Source of the DNA: Zygnema circumcarinatum SAG 698-1b
Lineage: Eukaryota; Plantae; Zygnematophyceae
Length of the DNA: 64,000 bases
Reading direction: 5' to 3'
Assembly (NCBI GenBank): GCA_037447605.1
Contig: CM074808.1
Coordinates: forward strand, 1,798,001-1,862,000
How positions within the stretch are numbered: position 1 is the stretch's first letter; every line of letters begins with the position of its first letter. Shown in pieces: positions 48,301 to 61,400 of the stretch. Made by a program: the position numbers and the translations under genes. Under the pieces are notes generated by a model that saw only the letters and a list, made by a program, of their open reading frames with translations, was not told the origin of the DNA and did no database searches.

Positions 48301-50069
48301 TTATCATGTACTTGGAGCCTGCCAAATTCTGACGTTCTGCCTAGTTTGAACATCGGAAACTGGTGCAACATCTAACCGTGCAATGCTGTTGCTTCCTGTT
48401 GGAAGAACAGAGGGAACACTATGCAGGCTTCACTCTTGATGCTCAGGACTTCACTCCACTCTTTGCTGCTGCAGTGGCGTGGACCAGCGCCAAAGGTGAA
48501 CCAAAAGACATGAGCAAGTGTAGAAGTGTAACTCTGTTTGTCAATGTTAGGTCAACGCAACCGCACTGGCAACCTTCGCTGTTTCTTTGGTGACGGCTGC
48601 AGTGGGGTCTGTTTCATCGCCATTCTGCGCTCTGTTGACACACACTTATTGCGGGTTTCCATTCACTTCTGATCAACCTCCAAGCATTTCCAGTCCTGAC
48701 TCTTCTCCACTCTTTAAAACTGGAAAAGGGTCTGCTCAACCTTGAAACATTTGAGGACAGTTTTAATTATATTATTGAATGGACCCGCGCTCTGGAATGG
48801 GAGAAGGGCAACTTTTGCATGACCCTTATAAATCCTTTTTTCCATTTGTCGCTTATCCTAACGTCATAGAACGAAGGGGGTACAGCTGATTGCCTACTGT
48901 TTGCTATTGCCGGCGGGCTCCAAATGGGTCCCAGATCTGGCGAGTTACAGCATTGTTTGAAGATGCATTGAACAAGTCTCACGGACAAAGCTTACATGAA
49001 CAAGTCTTATATGAAAGTAATTACCTTTGCGAGCACATTAGTTCAATTAAGCCTCTTTTTATCCCAACATTCTCGAGTGGGAGGTGCAGGAGCGAGTGAG
49101 CGAGAAGCTGCGGGTCGGCTGGCCATGGCGGCGTGCCTTGTGGCCCGCGTGCTGCCGCTCGCAACTGAAGCAGAAGTGAAAACGAAACTCGATGGGGCAG
49201 CTCGCAAAGAGCTTCCAAAAGCAATGGAAGTGGTCATGCAGTTTCTGGAGTTTGGACACAAGGTGAGGGGATTGTTAATGGTCTATGTATTGATTATGTC
49301 TGGTTGATTTTAGGCAGGACTTTTCAAATCCTTTTTTTTCCGAATGGGGGCACAGAGCCAGTCTTTTAGAAGTGGACATGTCTACTGATGGAATGTCCTG
49401 TCAATTCTACACGTCTAGGAACGAGCACAGCCTTGTTGCAGGCTGCATGTGCAGAGGGGGTTACTTGTGCATGTTGCTGTTCTGGAAGACAGTCATTTTG
49501 GATGACACGGCCTGTCGACGTAATTATGTGCAGGCAAGTGGAGAGGTTGGACCGGAGGCAGAGGAGAAGGATCTGTGGGACATCACCGTTGCGTGTGAGT
49601 CTCACTGCGAGGTCCATAGTGTGACGACTTGGCAAGTTCAAAATAACTATAAAGGAAACTCAAAGAAAGAAAAAGAAAACTTTGTGCCTGGTGGATTGAT
49701 TGCTTTCCCGATTCACATTTTTTACTAGCTTATTGTGCGACTTGATCGCACGGGAAAAAGTAATGCAGACTCTGTTGTTTGATGATGCAGCTTGTATAGA
49801 CGCTCTACCTAACTGGCCTTCGCTGAGACGAGGCCTTGAAAAGACGCAGTGGTGGCCTCGCCTTGCCCAGCGGTGAGTCTGCTTTGTATGGGACCTCAGC
49901 TTGAGCCCCTTTGGAGGGAAGGAGGGGAGGGACCATGCAGCGAGTGCAATGCGCTTCTCGCCATTATTTAGTAGGGGAGGGCATTCGGCTGAAAATGCGA
50001 AATGGTTTACCAACAGTGGTTGATTGTCAGACGTTTTACTATCTTTTCATTTCCAGGACCCTGTTATGA
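42338..50069 (+). CDS. Neurochondrin family protein
   Basis: LEDSLELLRSEEDERRLVGLLLATK, LSILSAFCRVPELAAS, FFLVLVETLRVEVPVLL, VLACVRVVGR|FLAEAP, QFLLPALLQ across about 20 exons. The stop is either TGA 49874-49876 or, via a further intron, TGA at 50069. The start exon 42338-42358 is inferred. Confidence 0.88.
47905..47970. repeat. (CT)n microsatellite in a neurochondrin intron
   Basis: Directly visible, imperfect. Confidence 0.9.
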
Positions 50070-52280
50070 CGCTGAATGTTGGCTGATATACGGTGATGGA
50101 AATGGTGCAGGTCTTCAATGCAAGACCGTTTGGGGATGTTGGTGAAAGAAAGGTAATAGCATAGTTGCGTGGCTTCTGCAGGAGATTTGGTTTCTTCTGA
50201 TGCTGAATACTAGTAGCTGTTCAGGTAGATCAGACCCACTGCTAGTTGGTGGGCTCCGGAGTTGTCCTTCTGCCATCCATGTGAATAAGGCATGGGTTTT
50301 TTGAGATTCCTCGTTAGGATCTGTACATATAATGGCGCTATGTAAAACCAGCAGACCCTTGGAATCAATAAAGAATGTGAGACGCGATAGCCGAACAGGA
50401 TGGGCCCCGACGAGGAAGCGCTGCATGAACGTGCATTGCCGCTGGAGTCCTAGAATATATGAATGCTCTGTGCACGTTACGTCATGTCATGTCATGGTCG
50501 GACCTTCTGCATGGCTCCGGAGGAAAGGCTCTCCCTGGTGGAGGGGGGAAATGCCGCTGTGCTCTGTTGGCAGGGGTTCAAAAGCAGGGAAAGAAGAGCC
50601 CTCTAAACGGTTTAGTGAAGCGGGTGTGCACTGCTTCAACCAGCAGTGTTTGTGCTGCCAATCTGCTTGAGGTCAGGCAGGTGGGGACATTCCTGTCCAT
50701 TCGGACCTTAAAGAAATGCTACTTGAAATAACACCACGGCGATACCTGCAGAAATGGGGACGTCCGGGCGAGATGCATTGAATTTTCTCGGTCCAAAGTC
50801 GTTCAGACATGAGTCACAATATATGGTCTGGTGCTCAATGCAGTGCTTTGTGTTCGCACTTGCTACGATTCGGGTCATGATCACGCGGGATCAGAGGCAC
50901 ATCATGGGGAAACTAAGTGACTGGTCTACAAGAATCAACAATTGCTTTGGACAAACGAGAAAGATATTCCTTACTTAGAGTTGTCTGTTTAAAAAACAGA
51001 AATGCGGAAATTCAAAGCCGTTTGATTTTGTCCTTCAAACGTGATGCCCAGGAGCCGCATAGCAGTTTCCCAGGAGGTCCTCTCCGAAAATGCCTTAAGC
51101 ATTTAACTTCCCCCTTTTTTTTCTTCTGAATCAATTCCAATCAAATTCAGAGGTTTAGGATCTGCCTACAGCTTCCACCCTATTGCATTGCTGCGGTCAA
51201 GAGAGCTGATCACTGGAAATGAACCCCAAACATCTGGCAAGTTTTTGCACTAGGAAGACATCAAATTCCTTGCTATTCGAAGCCTCAATTAACTGGTATT
51301 CTAAGGAGAAAAAACCTGCTCAGACCCATAATTGAGTGTCGTCCTCCATTCTGCAAGGTCATGCAGCAGTCAACTTGAGGGCATGACTGACTGAAGGAAA
51401 TAACAATTGCATGGTCAGACACACAATGATGAGGTACAACTGGCCACTTTCTTTACTGAAGTAATTCCTTTGAAAATGACAGAGACCTTCGCAAGTCCTG
51501 CTTCAGCAAGAAGCATGGGCATCAGATGTTAACTCTGAGGTTAGCTCAAAAAGTTTATACTTTGCATCTGAAAAGGCATCGATGCATTTACAGATTTCGG
51601 TTTAACACGGGAAGGGATTATGGTTTTGTAACTGTCTGCCCTTTGGTTGCCTAAGGAAACTTTTCTTCTCTTTGTGTTCGAGCACTTTTTACATCTATCA
51701 ATCGCCTGAAAACGCAGCTCTTTTGCCGCAGTCCCACTTTTCTCAACTCGGACAAGCTTCACCGAGTTGAAACTATCCAAACGTTGCTGTCGTGAAAAAC
51801 AGTATTGCTTTCCACTGCAAAAGCAATATATGCCAGACACTTTCCGACCTCTTCCCTTGTCTACCCACCCTCCAAACTAAAAATCCCCATCCGGCTTTTC
51901 TTCGCTCCATACCCCTGAGCTTCCAGCTGTTACAGTCCTCTCACCTTACAACCTATCTCCATCATGTATTCCCTTCCTTCGCTTTCACAGATAGCCTACT
52001 CACTAGACCTTCTTCCAATTCGTTGCGCTCGCTACAGCTTCCAAGACCCCCCCAAAGAAACCTTATAGTAACGCAGTTGAGAAGTGTAGGCCGGGGGATG
52101 CTTTAGCCCTTTTTCAAACTGAACGTCTGCAGCGCCTGCTTTCAAAAGCGTACGTGAATGCGCGTCCATGGCCAGACCCTAGTGCAGAAAAGGTCTGTCA
52201 GGCATCACACATTATAAGCGAGAATCGACGCCCCTCGTCAGGCGAAGGCGAGGGCTGCTTGAATTGGCATTTTTCTGCCT

Positions 52281-55200
52281 ATGGCTGCCGCCATCTCTCT
52301 CTCTGCCCTGTGCCAACATCCCCTGGTGTGTCCTGCACGACCTCCAGTTCTCCCTCGTTGCAATGCAGGGCAAGCTGTTGTGAGGTCTGTTATCCCTTGC
52401 GGGAAATGGAGTGCTGTGAACGCCTGGTCGAGGAGTTGGGACCGGGTGACCAGCAGAGTATGGTCTCGAACGACAGGGAAAGCAGGCAATTTGCAAAGGC
52501 TAGTTGTGAAGGCGTCTGCAGAAGTGGCCATAATTCCACCTTCAATCGACCATGACTTCGCGGTAAGGGCTGTAGTAACCTGGATTATTCGTTTTGAGAT
52601 GGTTGAGCAGTCTTTTTGCAGGTATTTCTTTTTTTGAAAATTTTGCAGTATTCTCTGACAGAGATTCTCTGTCCCTGTCCTTTCAACCATCTGCAGGATA
52701 TTTTGTTGGACGCGGGTGCCCAGCTGTCGGATGAGGGTGAAGCACTATCCTTTGGAAACGATGAAGAAGCTATCCAGGCGGCCTTGAACGACGTAGCTGT
52801 GAGTCCTTTCTATGTCAATGCAGATAACTGCCGCTCTGCGAACCTTTAAACATTAAGTTTTGGGTTGAGCTCTAATGGGTCCTTGCTGTTGAATTATGCG
52901 CAGGTGTTTGACATGTCTCACTTTGGTAGAATTCGCGGTGAGGTTTGACCACCTTGATCTCTCAAGGTTTTTCAAAGTTCAATAATTGCTGCCACGAATT
53001 TGACAAACATTGAGACATTGGATTTTTGCGTTGGAGGATATGCAATAAGCTGGGAAATTGAGACAATATTCATAATCTGGACAATATGACTTTGAAAGTC
53101 TTGTCTTTCTTCATGAAGCCATTGCACGAACTTGAAGGCATACGAGGGTGATGGTCATGGTTGGAAACAGTGACTGGGGAAGATCGCATACGTTTCCTTC
53201 ACAATCAAAGCACTGCGAACTTCCAGGCGCTTAAACCAGGTCAAGTACGTCTTCGTCGTACCCTTCGTCTTCGTCGTTCGTTCCCCCATGGAGGTTGCAC
53301 CTTTGATACTGTACATAATTCTGAGTCGATCTGCGTGAGTTTAAAAAAGGTTATGTAGGGGCCTTTGTTGGTGGTGAAAGACTTAAGTTCTCCAACCCGT
53401 TATATGGGCTTGGTCCTACCAAAAATAGCTGAAGGATCTATATTTCCAATGTAATCGTTCAATTGGAGTATGGAGCGTGTTCTACAGTCCCGCTACTTGC
53501 GTCAGTCTATGATCGTTTGTCTTGTAGCAAGCATTCGTGCAAGGAAGGAAAGCTGCCACCAATCTAAACTTGTGGTCAAAGTCATATAGGCCAAGCAGGT
53601 CAGACTTGCAAAGCAGTGTTAGAGAAAGTTAGTTTATGTTTTGAAGTCAGGTGGAACAAACATGTTGTTGAACTTATATGGAGGTCAAGATGATATACAG
53701 AAGTCATGGCAGGGTACATGTTGGCTCCCAAGTGAGAGCATTTCTCAGTTATTCAATGGTGTTGGTGGGATCACAGGGATGTGATACAGTGTTCATCTCT
53801 CCTACAGCACGGACCATAGATCTTGCCACTGCCTGGGTGATGGTATGTCTCCTAGCCCCTACCTCTAATCTCCTCGCCAACCTTCATGGCTTAAGGACCA
53901 GTCGCGTGGTTGGCTCTGCCCATTGTTCTTTCAGCGGTTTGCAGCCTATTGTTATTGCATGAACTTGATGTGAAGTCATATAGTAGGATTACTTTGCAGG
54001 AATAAGTACAGAGTTTTGTGCAAGACTGTATGGTCCTCCATTGCTATGTACTATTTTCTTAAATAGGGAACATTTCTCATTTCCTATTTTTTTTTTTCTG
54101 CCATGAGACGCGAGCAGTGCCACAGTTCGGAGACTCAAACGGGGTATCAAGTACACACCTTCTGGGAATTGGACGAATGGGATTAGTTTTGTCAATATAA
54201 TTTCGTTCTTTCTGGGCATCAAAGCTTTTCAACAAAGTCACTACATGCTTAACTTGTTCGAGTATAAACAGAGTCAGGATGAACTAGGTCCATGTATCAA
54301 GACTGGCCTGACTGGCTTGAGGAAGTCTATTTGATACTGCGGAGCTTAGGGAGCAGATAAAGGTGGGCCTATAGCATGGTGACCAAGAGGAGGACATGTT
54401 TCTGATCACGTTCCAATCAGAATCGTTTTGCTCGATTGTTTTCTTTGGTCGTTGCAGGAGACTGCTGTCGTCCTAACAGTCTCGCCCTCAAAAAAAAGTG
54501 AACTTGTAACTATGCTTGACAGGTCAGTCAATGGTTCACTGGAGTATGGCTTGCAAGCTCCCTATGCAACGCTTTTATTTCATCCCAGTTATTCTGTATC
54601 ACGTCTCGCTCCTCGTGTTTCCCGTATCTTGTAGGACACAACTGATTCCTTTAATTCTGGAAATCTGTCTCAGGCAACTAAAGACTCGCCTCATCCGTAT
54701 GAATTTCATTGAATCTATCTTTCGTCCGGGTGTGCAGATTCATATTCTTTGCAGACAAAGTAGAGGTTTCCGACATTTCTGACAAGACTTGTCAGCTCGC
54801 CCTGATTGGACCACGTGCAGATGAGGTGAGCAGCCGATCCGCTGAAGCAAGATGCACCACTACCTTCTTCACCTTACCCTTCGTTCCGTCTTCGTCATTG
54901 TTGGTATTATGCTAAGCCTTTTATTAGTGAAGTCTACTTATGCTGGTTTCATGACTAGGGATCGTGGGATGATTGCCAGTGCAGATAATAAAGAGTTTCA
55001 ATATGGGAAGCCTGGTGGGCAAGCCTTACGGTTCATATGAACATTTCAGTGTATTTCACCTATCCCTACGCTCCGTGAGGATACCCTGTCCTTTGTGTGA
55101 GAGAGATGAATTCAAGATTGACTCAACTGCAAACTGATATATGAACACGAGTGTTGTATGTCTCTTTGTACTTACCAGCACTTCCAGCAATGCTTCCGGC

Positions 55201-57257
55201 ACGATTGATCCCAAAATGAAGTAACATGTCCTTAAGGACGAGCCATACTTGTCAGTCACGAGCCCCAATGCCCTCTTTCTGAATGCTCTAAGCCTGTTCC
55301 CCCCGCAGGGCGTGGGTGCAGTTGCAGGGTCTGCCCGTGAGTGTCGCAGTGGGCAGCGGTTTGGCTGAGAGCGGCTACTCGCTCCTTTTGGCGCCCGAGG
55401 CTGCCGGGGCGGCCTGGGCGGCCTTTGTGGGGAAGGGGGCCGTCCCCTTGGGGAGCTCGGCGTGGGAGTCTCTGCGCATCCTGCAAGGTGGGGGCAGGCA
55501 CACCCGCAGTCACTCGGGTAGAGGACGGTGTGTAGATTAGGGTCACGGAAATAGTGGGTATGCTCAGAACGTTCGGACGGATCTGCATCTGCAGGCTGCT
55601 GAATGTGGGCTTAAGATTAGAGGAAACTCGTTTCTTGCCGTATTCTCGATCTTCGGGTTTGAAGTGCTGAAGGCGAATGCAATGGAGATTGCAAGTAGTT
55701 TTTGATTGCGGATGTGTGCATGTTCGGGAAGGGTGTGATGTCTGTATGTAAAAGGACTTGTTTTGTTTCGTTCGTAGAGTTTCGTTACATTCACCATCAC
55801 AGTTCAATTGTCTGGAAGAGGCCTAGGCAATATGTTGTGAGCTTTGCACATTACAGTCAGCAATTCCCATTACTTCTGTTAAGTGCAAGAGGCAAGATCA
55901 CTGGCTCTGATCTTCTGTCGAACTCGAGGTTTGGCCATTTGTGTATTTGCTCTGCAGGACGGCCTGCTCCAGGAAAGGAGCTTACTAACGAATTCAACCC
56001 GCTAGAGGCTGGGCTCTGGAAAACCATATCTACAGACAAAGGTCAGAACTAGCAGCAAACGGAGTCTCATGTGGGTATCCTTTGACAAAGTCCAAGTGGC
56101 TGAAGTAAGATGTGAACGTGACACGCCTGGGGTGCAAAACTAGCGCTTTTGGCTTCATTGAAGTTAAGAAACATTCGGAATTCTTTAAATATAAGAGGTT
56201 TCAATGATCCAGGGTTAACTGTTCTGAATCGCTGAGCTGAGTTGAGTCTGATAAATCAGCCTGATAATCTTATTTCTTCACATCAATTTTTATTTTAAAT
56301 GCACACCCTCCCTCGCTAATACATCCAGTATCGGGTTTGGGGTACACTTCACCTCGTTTCCCGCTCTGTATTCCCTTTTCTTGAAATATAATTCCCAACA
56401 TGCGCATCACTGACAGCCCATGCTGCATGCCCACGGCACCCGCAGGATGCTACATCGGCCAGGAGACGATTGCCCGGCTCATAACGTACAAGGGAGTGAA
56501 GCAGCACCTGTGGGCCGTGCGTTTGGAGGGGCCCGCAACTCCCGGCGAGGTGGTCACATGTGACGGCGAAAAGGTCAGCGCCGCCGTTTCAATCCAGTAG
56601 TAGGGCAGATGGGCAGCCGAGCCTGCACTCGCTTCCTGACGTTTTCTCATCGTGCCTTTTGGTTTTTCCGTCTCCGGTCTCTGCCGAGAAGGTCAATGTC
56701 CAGATTATATTTAACCTTTCACCTCGAATTGATCATTATTCTTCTACGAGTAGTTTTTCCAAGTGAAGTCGCCGTTTCTTTAGTTGTTTTTTGGCTTGAA
56801 CCTTCTCCTGCCACTATTCTGTATTCAAATTGCATTGGGTCGGCCCCACGCTAAAGCTTCGAGGGCTTTGCTGGTCCAGCTCCCTATTGGACTCTCATGC
56901 TCGACGTCATTGAGATACCGAGCTTAGAAGCGGGCTTGACTGCCTGTTTCTGCAGCTGCTCCTATGCCCACTTATGACCACAGATACTGTCCTCCTTATT
57001 TCCATTCCTATCCAAACATCTCCAAAGCTTCCTCGACTCATGCCCTTGAGAATGAATGCCTCTGTTGGGAGTGCCTGTGTGCCCGTGTGCAGGTGGGCAA
57101 GTTGACGAGCTATGCGCTGGTCGGCGGGCAGCACGTGGGCCTCGCGTACATAAAGAAGCAGAGAGGGGCCGCGGGCGCGCGCGTACAGGTCGGGGCCGCG
57201 CCGGCGACCCTCGCAGAGGCGCCGTACCTCCTCCTCGCACAGGAGCTGCCGCCGTAG
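52281..57257 (+). CDS. Plastid folate-binding YgfZ/COG0354 (GcvT-like) protein, At1g60990-like
   Basis: Transit peptide from ATG 52281; VFDMSHFGRIR|VTGEDRIRFLHNQST, TARTID, FIFFADKV, GRPAPGKELTNEFNPLEAGLW and the signature KG|CYIGQETIARL; last exon ends TAG at 57257. Confidence 0.93.
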
Positions 57258-58440
57258 GGAATGGGGGGGGGGGGAACTGCTGCACTGCTGCTGCTGCTGC
57301 TGTTGCTGCCGGCAGCCCAGGTCTGGCTCGCTCGCAGAAGGAGCCTTGTGCAGAGGGAGGCAGGCAGGGAGGGAGGGAGGGAGGGAGGGAGGGGCAGTCT
57401 TCTTGAGATTATAGTCTGTCTCCTTCTAAAAAAGGAAAGAAAGGAAAAGAAAGAAAGAAAGAAGTTTCATACTAGTTTCATACTTAGATTTCCAAGTCAA
57501 TGCACGCTTTCTCGCAAGTATAAATACAAGCACCGAAATATGAAATATGTCTTTCAAGTTTGTTGAACACGCGAACACGCCTTCATCATCGTGAGATCAA
57601 TGAGATGAATGAGATCAATGAGCACGAGGTTTGAATTCTCAACATGTCACATCACATGTGTGGATTCCATTTTTTGCTACGTCGGATTCGGGCGATCTGA
57701 GGATTCGATTGGTGGAGACCCCGATTTTTGCCGTACGACTTTTTCATGCGAGCAGGTCAACGGTGTCCGTACGGTCGGATGGAATTAGTACGGACAAGGC
57801 TGACCACGGTGGACAAAACTTGACCGGTTTGCGATTTGCCTAGATCCCCGTGTTGGGCCGTGGATGGACCGTACAGGAAACTCGAATTGAACACGGCGGC
57901 TGCCTTGTGGTGGTTCTTTGGCAACTAGAAGCAAGTAATGATGTGGCATGCCAACTGGTTTGGTAAAAAAAAGGATTTGAACTGAGCAAAAACTGGGGGA
58001 CGATTTCTCATTTTCTAACTTAAATTGAATTGCATACAGATTTTGTTTTTGAGAAACTTTGATTTTGAAAGGTTATTTTTTCGAACAGCCAAAACCTTTG
58101 ATTGTTCGATTTCTCAACCTGTTGGATCTTACGTCGAGCTAAGCGCTTGGCCTTGCTTGCCTGCTTCTGGGGCCGTGTCGTTGCGCCTGAAGTAGCGTTT
58201 AGCTCGTAGTTCCGTTCGTTGGTTCTTAGGTCCTTTGTGAGCGGTTGTTTCCTCGTGGTTCTCCGTGTTGACGTTGTCGATGCACATTATATGTCTCGCC
58301 ATCGTGAGTTCAATGCCACTTCTGTTTCTCGAACCAATGATCACATGGAGACGTTTCGAAATCACCGTTTTCCACGGAAAGCCATCTTTATGGTGGTCAT
58401 GGCATGGGCATGGGCATGGGCAGCATGCATGGTCATGCCC

Positions 58441-61400
58441 ATGTACTCTGCGGCGCGCCCGGGCGCCCTCCCTCCCTCCCCCCGCGGATGGCGCGGCCGT
58501 GAGCGTAAGGACCGGGCCGGGCCGGAGAGAGGGAAGGCGGGAAAGCAGCGAGCAAGCACGAGGGACGGAGGGACGGAGGGACGGAGGGACGGAGGGACGG
58601 AGGGAGGCCGCCTCAGTGGATTGCTCTGCTCTGCTCTGCCCAGCCCTCCCGCCACTCTGCGCTGCGCTCGGCCCGTGGCCCCCCCTCCCCCCCGGCAGAG
58701 GCAGCGGCAGCGGCAGCGGCAGCGGCAGGAGCAGGAGCAGGCAGGGGAGTCCTGGCGCGCTGCGTCAAATCGTGAGCTTCCCGCCCCGTCGCCGAACGCG
58801 GCCTGCGAGCTTGCTTGCTTGCAGCTGTTCTTGGCCAATTTGCGCGCGCAGTTTATGAAGAGAGGTGTTTGGTCTCTCTTTTTTGCATAGTTCTAGTTGT
58901 AGTGCTGTTTAGATCAGTGTGCAGACAAGGGGAAAATGACTTGATGCGAATGTGGAGGGAGGTGTTAACAAAGGAATGGAGGGGTCTCGAAAGTGATGCG
59001 TTTTCAAAGGAGTTGAGCATGAGACGCAAGAGAGCTGCGTGGAAATAGTTTAAGATGATTACTAGGTAGTGGGTTTTTGAGATGTTTTTTACAAGTTTGA
59101 TTTTAGGTGGGGGGAAGAGTTGGTTGTAGGGCCAAGTAACTTAAGGACGAGTCAAAGACAAAAGCTCCTTCCAATTTATTTCATTGGGATTGTCCTTAGC
59201 TGGCCTATCTCTCCTGAACTTGATTCTAGTAGACTTCATGTTGTAAACGTCAGTTTATGCTTTAGTGGTTAGATATGGCAGTTTATGACACTTGTTCCTG
59301 GTTGTTCGCAGCGGCGTTTATATGAGGGGATCAGGCATGAATATGCCTGAGGTGATGCAGCTCGATTCCTTAGAGGGAATCTACAGAATTCGCGATAAGC
59401 TCTGGACTGGTATTGCACATCGTCTGTTGTGCCCTTTCTATGCTTAGGACAATGTTTTTATCATGTCGTTTCGGTCCTGAACGTAATGATAAGAGTTAAG
59501 TGTTTGCATACAGGCATCTTTTTTTGGCAGAGTCTGCATCCGCATTGATGTCGCACAAATTCCTTGCAAAGTTGTTCTGCGTCATATGCATTGTTGTCTA
59601 AGTCCAGCAGCGTTTGCCTGTTACGCATGACGGAAACGGCATTGTCAATTTCGGCAAAAAGGAAGTGCCGGTTGAAGCAATAACACAGGTTTTTCAAATT
59701 AATCCCTGTAGAGGGAATGTTGAGAGTTGTTAATTTGAAGGCAGGACGAGCAAAGCGTCCATGTCAGGTGCGCGCAAGTCGACTCTCATAAGTCCGTGAC
59801 TGATGTAATGCTTACGAGCTGTATGGGGTAACTTGCAGTTGGAAAGCGTTACTTGCTGCATGAACACATAGGGTCGGGTTCCTATGGTGACGTCTGCAAA
59901 GCGACCGACAGCGAGTCTGGGGAGACAGTTGCGCTTAAGGCAAGTGGCCCGAATTTAATTTCAATGCTTATTAGAGAAATCATTTTTTGTTGGCTATTTA
60001 TCAGCATTACTTGTTTTGGTACGGAGACTGTCAATTTTTCCTAAATTTATGCATGTGAAAGTTTCGAAGAAAGTGTACATTGTAAATTGTGGATTATGAA
60101 TGATGATAGCTTGGAACTCCACGAATTTGCTATTCTGGCTGTCCACATTTGAAAGAAGGGCAATTGTGACATAGCTTCATCCTGGCAGAACCTGTGCCAT
60201 TATAATTATATAAAGCAAATCAGCCATGATATTGAGAAGCATGTTTTCACTGTTCTCCCATAGTTCGGGACATGGTCTTGCCTTTTCCCTGGAAACTTTG
60301 AGCACCATGTTGGCTTCTATTATTGGATGAGGAGAGGAGTGGCATGTGATTGGTTGCTTGACCCTCCAGGCGCTTTTATGAGCTACAGGGCCTGCATACT
60401 TTCCGTCGAGTATCAATCTGTTGCTGATTTAGTGATCAACCATCTGATGGTTCCACAAGCACTACTAGTCGTTTGCACTAGGACTTTAATTGATCCGCCA
60501 GCGCTAAGCGTCCCCTGTTGGAAAGCAATTTCATGCATCTCGAGTAGTTTCGAGGACTTGTAAGTGAGCTGAAAGTCTTAGCGGGCTGCTGTACGTTGAA
60601 ATGCAGCGAGTTGCAGACGTGCTCTGCTGTCCCATGCTGGCCAAGCGTGTACTGCGAGAAGTCTGCATCATGCGACGCTTGCAGCATCCTTTTGTTATTC
60701 GCTGTAAGTCGGTCCTACTTCTGCCATTTAGCAAGTCTAGTGGTTGTTGGGTGGGTTCTGGTACTTAGTTCAAAGGGTTTTACTTGAACTGGTCTTTGCC
60801 AGGACAACCCATGGAACATGAGAAATATGGCCCACCGTGACAGCTGTAATTTTTTTGGTAGAGATTTGTGCATTCTTGAAGAACTATGTCACATTGTCAA
60901 ATCGCTATTCAGGTAACTCAGCCGCGCAAGCATGAAAAAGATTGGAAGGCAAGTGTTTTATCAATGTGAACTCAAGTAGATGAAGCATCCGTCGAAAGAA
61001 AAGCTGGTGATAAGTGTCGGTTGATGTGTTGCGAGGTGTCAGTGGTGGATGTCTTCACATGCAAGTCAACCGAGGTTGATGCCGGCCTTGACCTTTACAT
61101 CGCCACAGAATTCGCAGATGGGTGAGTTGCCGTACAATTGTATGCCCTCATGCTCTTCAAGCTCGAGTCTGATCCATGGGTACTGAAGCACGAGAGTCTT
61201 TGCTGGATTAACTTCCACAGTCAGGAATTGATGAATTGAGTAGTCGTGATTCTACATCCATTCTGCGCGTTTTCATACTGCGCACCTGCAGCTTGGCTGG
61301 ATTTAAGAAATTGCCTTTTTCGCTTTCGGAGTTCCTTAGCCCTTATGAACATTGCGATGGGTGGTATAACTGCTATGGTGCCTTCATAACCTGTGACCTT

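Noticed and set aside
59461-60416. Antisense ORFs (59461..59697, 60177..60416) as a nested gene in kinase introns
   Set aside because: Short, non-ATG starts, no phase-consistent splice chain found, and no recognisable domain.
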